A DNA stretch of 20,000 bases from an uncultured virus (IMG/VR IMGVR_UViG_3300021197_001703) (Duplodnaviria; Heunggongvirae; Uroviricota; Caudoviricetes), in the IMG/VR virus record IMGVR_UViG_3300021197_001703; one strand, given 5' to 3'. The notes under the pieces were generated by a model. That model had not been told where the DNA came from. It made no database searches and saw only the letters and a list, made by a program, of their open reading frames with translations. The number at the start of each line of letters is the position of its first letter. Positions within the stretch are counted from its first letter, which is position 1. Of the stretch, positions 16,450-20,000 are shown in pieces. Position numbers and translations under genes: made by a program.

Positions 16450-17814
16450 ATGGCAAATAGATTAACACCATTCCTCGACAATCTTGTATCTGGAGCATTA
16501 AGTCCAAAAGGTAACCTTGCAGACTATCAACATGCTTCAAGATTATATGTAAACGATGCATTTAAATTTGCACCAAAAAATAAGTTTTTATATCATGTTA
16601 GTTTTAATATTAACAGAAGAGCATCGTCAGTTATACCACAGTTAACAGAAAAGCATTCTAACACAATTAATATGTTAGTTAAAAGTGTTGACTTACCTAA
16701 GTTTGATATTACTACCGAAGTTAAACATCAATACAATAGAAAAAGAATTTTACAAAAGCGTATAGACTATAGTCCTTGTAATTTTGTTTTTCATGATGAC
16801 AACTACGGTCTTACAACTGCAATGTGGGAAGCATACTACAGATATTATTATAAAGATGGTAACTACGCAACAACTGATACAGCAGGTAGTCCTAATACAA
16901 CTGCATCTGCGTACAACAGAGCAAACACTTTTGCAGATGCTAATTCAATTCAATCACAATACCGTTATGGTTTTGATAATGATAGTTTCGAACCTTTCTT
17001 TGACAGTATTGTAATATATCAAATGTCAAGAAAACGTTACACAGCATTTACACTTGTTAATCCTGTTATTAATAGTTGGCAACACGATACAATGGACCAA
17101 AGTGATGCAAGTGGGTTAGTACAAAGTACAATGAGTTGTCAGTTTGAAACAGTATGGTATACAAGAGGGGCAGTATCTGAAGGAGTTGCACCAAAAGGAT
17201 TTGCTACAGAACATTATGATAAAACACCAAGTCCATTATCACTTGCCGGCGGAGGCACAGCAAGTTTATTTGGTCAGGGCGGAGTTGCCGCAGGTGCCGC
17301 AGATGTATTTGGCGATATCACAAGTGGAGCGGCATTTTCATCACCAGGTGCATTATTAGGTACAGTATTAAAAGCGGCTAACACCGCAAGAAATGTTAAA
17401 GATTTATCAAAGGACGGACTTAGACAAGAAGGCTTTGGAATTATTAAAGGAGCCATTGGAGATGTTGGCGGAATAAATGTTGGCGGAGTTGCAAATACAT
17501 TCTTTCCTAAGAATGGAGGCAATGGCGGCACAAATGCAATAACAACTGCACTTGCAGGTATTAGTGTTGTCGGAGCAGTACAGGCGGCAGTACAAAGTTC
17601 AAGTGTAGCAGACGTAACAGCCGAATTAGCAAACAACAAAGACAAGTTAGACGCTTTATCAAAAGCAACAACGCACAAGAAACAGCATTTAGCCGCAGGG
17701 GGTGATGCAGGTGTTAATGCAATTAACGCGGCATGGGATAATGCAAGTGCAGGGTATCAAGAAGCGGCAAATAATAAAACGCTTGAAGACATACCTAACA
17801 TTATAAGGACATAA
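16450..17814 (+). CDS. Tail-tube-fold baseplate protein (tube initiator, gp54/gp48-like) with Gly/Ala-rich C-terminal extension
   Basis: PKNKFLYHVSF, MLVKSVDLPKF, YNRKR...IDYSPCNFVFHDD and FTLVNPVINSWQHD parallel the tube-fold motif order of the neighbouring gp19-like protein. Confidence 0.6.
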   Translation: MANRLTPFLDNLVSGALSPKGNLADYQHASRLYVNDAFKFAPKNKFLYHVSFNINRRASSVIPQLTEKHSNTINMLVKSVDLPKFDITTEVKHQYNRKRILQKRIDYSPCNFVFHDDNYGLTTAMWEAYYRYYYKDGNYATTDTAGSPNTTASAYNRANTFADANSIQSQYRYGFDNDSFEPFFDSIVIYQMSRKRYTAFTLVNPVINSWQHDTMDQSDASGLVQSTMSCQFETVWYTRGAVSEGVAPKGFATEHYDKTPSPLSLAGGGTASLFGQGGVAAGAADVFGDITSGAAFSSPGALLGTVLKAANTARNVKDLSKDGLRQEGFGIIKGAIGDVGGINVGGVANTFFPKNGGNGGTNAITTALAGISVVGAVQAAVQSSSVADVTAELANNKDKLDALSKATTHKKQHLAAGGDAGVNAINAAWDNASAGYQEAANNKTLEDIPNIIRT

Positions 17815-17816
17815 CA

Positions 17817-18182
17817 ATGAGCAACTTACCTAAAGTAACCCCAGTTGATAGTTCAACAGATACTAAAAGATTTTACAATCAGTATTTTACTGACTTTATT
17901 AATTTTCCTACTAACCAAGTTGATGCTGTAATAGGATTTTTTACAAGTAGAGGATTTGAAAAAACTTCTGCTATTGCTGTAGGAACAGTAATGTTACAAC
18001 AAGCAAAACTTGATAGTATAAATGTTTTTGAATTACTTGACACACTTAAAAAAACAGATAGCGTACAATTAAGTAGTGTTGTAACTGAAGTATTAAATTT
18101 TAATAGAGAAAAAATAAGTACGTTAGGTTATAGAGTAGTCGACGTTCAAGATAGGACCGAAGCAAGAAACATAGGAGTGTAA
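17817..18182 (+). CDS. Hypothetical protein in the late structural operon
   Basis: 121-aa ORF tightly packed between its neighbours (2-nt and 1-nt gaps), with an AAGGA SD. No motif recognised. Confidence 0.75.
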   Translation: MSNLPKVTPVDSSTDTKRFYNQYFTDFINFPTNQVDAVIGFFTSRGFEKTSAIAVGTVMLQQAKLDSINVFELLDTLKKTDSVQLSSVVTEVLNFNREKISTLGYRVVDVQDRTEARNIGV

Positions 18183-18183
18183 C

Positions 18184-18624
18184 ATGGCCAAGTATGCCCA
18201 GGGACGTTACAACATAAAGTTTCAAGAAAAGTATATCGGCCGCAAAGCACCATTATATAGATCAAGTTGGGAATTTGCATTTATGAAATTCTGTGACGAA
18301 AACCCCAACGTTGCAAAGTGGGCAAGTGAAGCAGTAAAGATACCGTATGTAAATCCTTTTACAGGAAAACAAACAGTGTATGTACCAGACTTCTTTATTA
18401 GTTACATGGATAAGAATGGCAAACAACGTGCAGAAGTAATAGAAGTTAAGCCAGACAATCAAACAACAATGGAATCTGCAGGTAGAAACAAGCAGAAACA
18501 AATGGCAGTTGCATTGAATATGGCTAAATGGCAAGCCGCAAGAGCATGGTGTAAAGATAAAGGCCTATATTTTAGAGTTGTAACGGAGAAGGATATGTTC
18601 CACTCAGGCCAACGTAAAGGCTAA
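18184..18624 (+). CDS. gp4: Head completion nuclease (T4 gp4-like, TnsA-type PD-(D/E)xK fold)
   Basis: YRSSWEFAFMKFCDENPNV..WASE..IPY, YVPDF, IEVKP and N.AKW.AA..WC...G..FRVVTE motifs, with an AGGAG SD. Confidence 0.88.
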   Translation: MAKYAQGRYNIKFQEKYIGRKAPLYRSSWEFAFMKFCDENPNVAKWASEAVKIPYVNPFTGKQTVYVPDFFISYMDKNGKQRAEVIEVKPDNQTTMESAGRNKQKQMAVALNMAKWQAARAWCKDKGLYFRVVTEKDMFHSGQRKG

Positions 18625-18627
18625 ATA
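18621..18627 (+). promoter_or_regulatory. Putative late promoter CTAAATA overlapping the gp4 stop codon
   Basis: TAAATA-ATAGT-A matches the window-wide motif. Confidence 0.55.
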
Positions 18628-18654
18628 ATAGTAGCATTTAATGGAATCCAAAAT

Positions 18655-19152
18655 ATGAAGAAATTAGAAGAATTACTTAACATGCCTGATAGCAAAGAAA
18701 TTGTTCAAAAAGATAAAGAACAATCATCTAAGGCAGAAAAGAAACATGCTATAATAGAACATGAGAATACTCAACGTGATATTGCAGAGTTGGATAAAAT
18801 TAGTGCGGCACTACCGCAAGTAAAAGGCTTAGGCGAATTAGCAGACAAAGAACTAAACGAAGTTGCTGAAAAGTCTATGAATGCATACGAGGACTTAATG
18901 GACTTAGGTATGAATGTAGAAGCACGTTATAGTGGTAGAGTGTTTGAAGTAGCAGGTAACATGCTAAAGACTAATCTTGATGCTAAAGTTGCTAAATTAG
19001 ACAAAAAACTTAAGATGGTGGAACTACAACTTAAGAAAGAAAAAAATGACAAAGATGGTGGAGAATCACCAGATGGTATAGTTTCAGGTGAAGGATACGT
19101 GGTTACAGACCGTAATAGTTTATTAGAAAAACTTAAGAACATGGATAAATAG
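18655..19152 (+). CDS. Probable terminase small subunit (T4 gp16-like), coiled-coil protein
   Basis: 165 aa and helical. RVFEVAGNMLKT...coiled coil...YVVTDRNSLLEKLK resembles the PRAYEVAGQLIK...FVGST.EL.K pattern I recall for T4-like gp16. No large terminase is adjacent in this window. Confidence 0.5.
   Translation: MKKLEELLNMPDSKEIVQKDKEQSSKAEKKHAIIEHENTQRDIAELDKISAALPQVKGLGELADKELNEVAEKSMNAYEDLMDLGMNVEARYSGRVFEVAGNMLKTNLDAKVAKLDKKLKMVELQLKKEKNDKDGGESPDGIVSGEGYVVTDRNSLLEKLKNMDK
19144..19151 (+). promoter_or_regulatory. Putative late promoter GATAAATA
   Basis: Overlaps the end of the upstream CDS and lies 22 nt before ATG 19174. Confidence 0.5.
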
Positions 19153-19173
19153 TTTAGTAGGGAAAATACAATT

Positions 19174-19758
19174 ATGAAAAAATACAGCGATTATTTAAAC
19201 GAAGCATACAATGGAAAGGTTTATCCTTTTAAAATTGGTATTGCTGGACAAATAGCAGATGATATGGCAGATCAATTAGAAACTGCTTTAAAAAAGTTTG
19301 GAGTTACAAATTGTAGTCCAGGCAAAAAGACACCAATTCAAGAACGTCCATTGGACTTTCCTGCACTACAAAACCAGGAAGTAACTTATTACGAGTGCGA
19401 AGTAACATACCCTACACATACTGAAATGTTACAAGAGTACTTAGGATATCAACTTGGTTTACCACAATCACATATTGTAGTACGTAATCCTAATGAACCT
19501 CAAGAGTTATATCAACAGGTTGATCAAGGAAAACCATACGAAGTGAAACTTACTAAAGAAGAAATGGAATCAGAAAGTGCTCAACAAGATGTATCAGGAG
19601 CAAGAGTTATGGGTCTATTAAAAGAATTAGAAGTAGCACGTAAGGAAAGAGACAATCCGGTAGCGGCAACAAAAGAATCTTTTGCTACTGAAGCAAGTGA
19701 TATTAAGCAAATGGACACAACTGCTAATATCGGAAACAAAAGTCCAATAGGGAGTTAA
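19174..19758 (+). CDS. Hypothetical protein, possible internal head protein
   Basis: 194-aa ORF whose N-terminus (MKKYSDYLNEA) resembles a T4 capsid-targeting sequence. Confidence 0.7.
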   Translation: MKKYSDYLNEAYNGKVYPFKIGIAGQIADDMADQLETALKKFGVTNCSPGKKTPIQERPLDFPALQNQEVTYYECEVTYPTHTEMLQEYLGYQLGLPQSHIVVRNPNEPQELYQQVDQGKPYEVKLTKEEMESESAQQDVSGARVMGLLKELEVARKERDNPVAATKESFATEASDIKQMDTTANIGNKSPIGS

Positions 19759-19760
19759 TA

Positions 19761-20000
19761 ATGAAATTAAACGACATATACAAAAAAATTACGGCGTTGG
19801 ACGAAGCGATTAATGAAGCGGCATCGGCGTCAATAAACATGAGCGGTGATAATGCCGAAGATGTTATTAAATTAATGAATGCATTAAAAGGAACAGAAGG
19901 TGCAAAAGCAGGGGAACCAATTCCAACTGCAATTAAACCTGCAATGAATCCTATGATGGGTCCAGAGGATCCACATGACGACATGTTATCTATGATGGAT
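19761..20000 (+). CDS. Hypothetical acidic/low-complexity protein, 3'-truncated (not in ORF track)
   Basis: GGGAG SD at 19750-19754, then ATG 19761, open to the window end: MKLNDIYKKITALDEAINEAASASINMSGDNAEDVIKLMNALKG...PHDDMLSMMD. Confidence 0.75.
   Translation, partial: MKLNDIYKKITALDEAINEAASASINMSGDNAEDVIKLMNALKGTEGAKAGEPIPTAIKPAMNPMMGPEDPHDDMLSMMD

Noticed and set aside
18184..18624. Tn7 TnsA transposase / mobile element
   Set aside because: The fold is shared, but the motifs and virion-gene context fit the gp4 head-completion nuclease. There is no tnsB/tnsC and no terminal repeats.
466..19984. Numerous short antisense or alternate-frame ORFs (e.g. 466-687, 805-1032, 2773-3129, 6434-6742, 15692-16018, 17274-17678, 19724-19984)
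   Set aside because: They are nested in or opposite well-supported genes, have no motifs or RBS, and are explained by codon bias on the coding strand.
1..20000. Stop-codon reassignment, CRISPR array, tRNA, intron or intein
   Set aside because: Genes are full-length and densely packed under the standard code, with TAA, TGA and TAG all used as stops at tight junctions. No spaced nucleotide repeats, cloverleafs or splicing motifs were recognised by eye.

Overview
This AT-rich window (with a 100-N scaffold gap at 5892-5991) comes from the virion-morphogenesis region of a large, divergent T4-like contractile-tailed phage. It encodes a 5'-truncated giant Thr/Gly-rich repeat structural protein, gp13/gp14/gp15-like neck and tail-completion proteins, a dNMP kinase, an HNH-like zinc protein and an enlarged tail sheath. 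These are followed by a tail tube, a second tube-fold (gp54/gp48-like) protein, a gp4-like head-completion nuclease, a probable small terminase and two possible internal head proteins. The main finding is a phage-encoded nucleotide-heptose cassette (Nudix, bifunctional HldE, HldD, gap, unknown protein, cupin). It follows gp14-gp15 directly on the minus strand, sits behind a late-promoter motif and converges on the giant virion protein. A recurring late-promoter motif (TAAATA-N3-GT-A) precedes most transcription units, and at three genes it places the ATG at the expected +1, which suggests leaderless late mRNAs. All product calls come from motif recognition by eye; no database searches were run.
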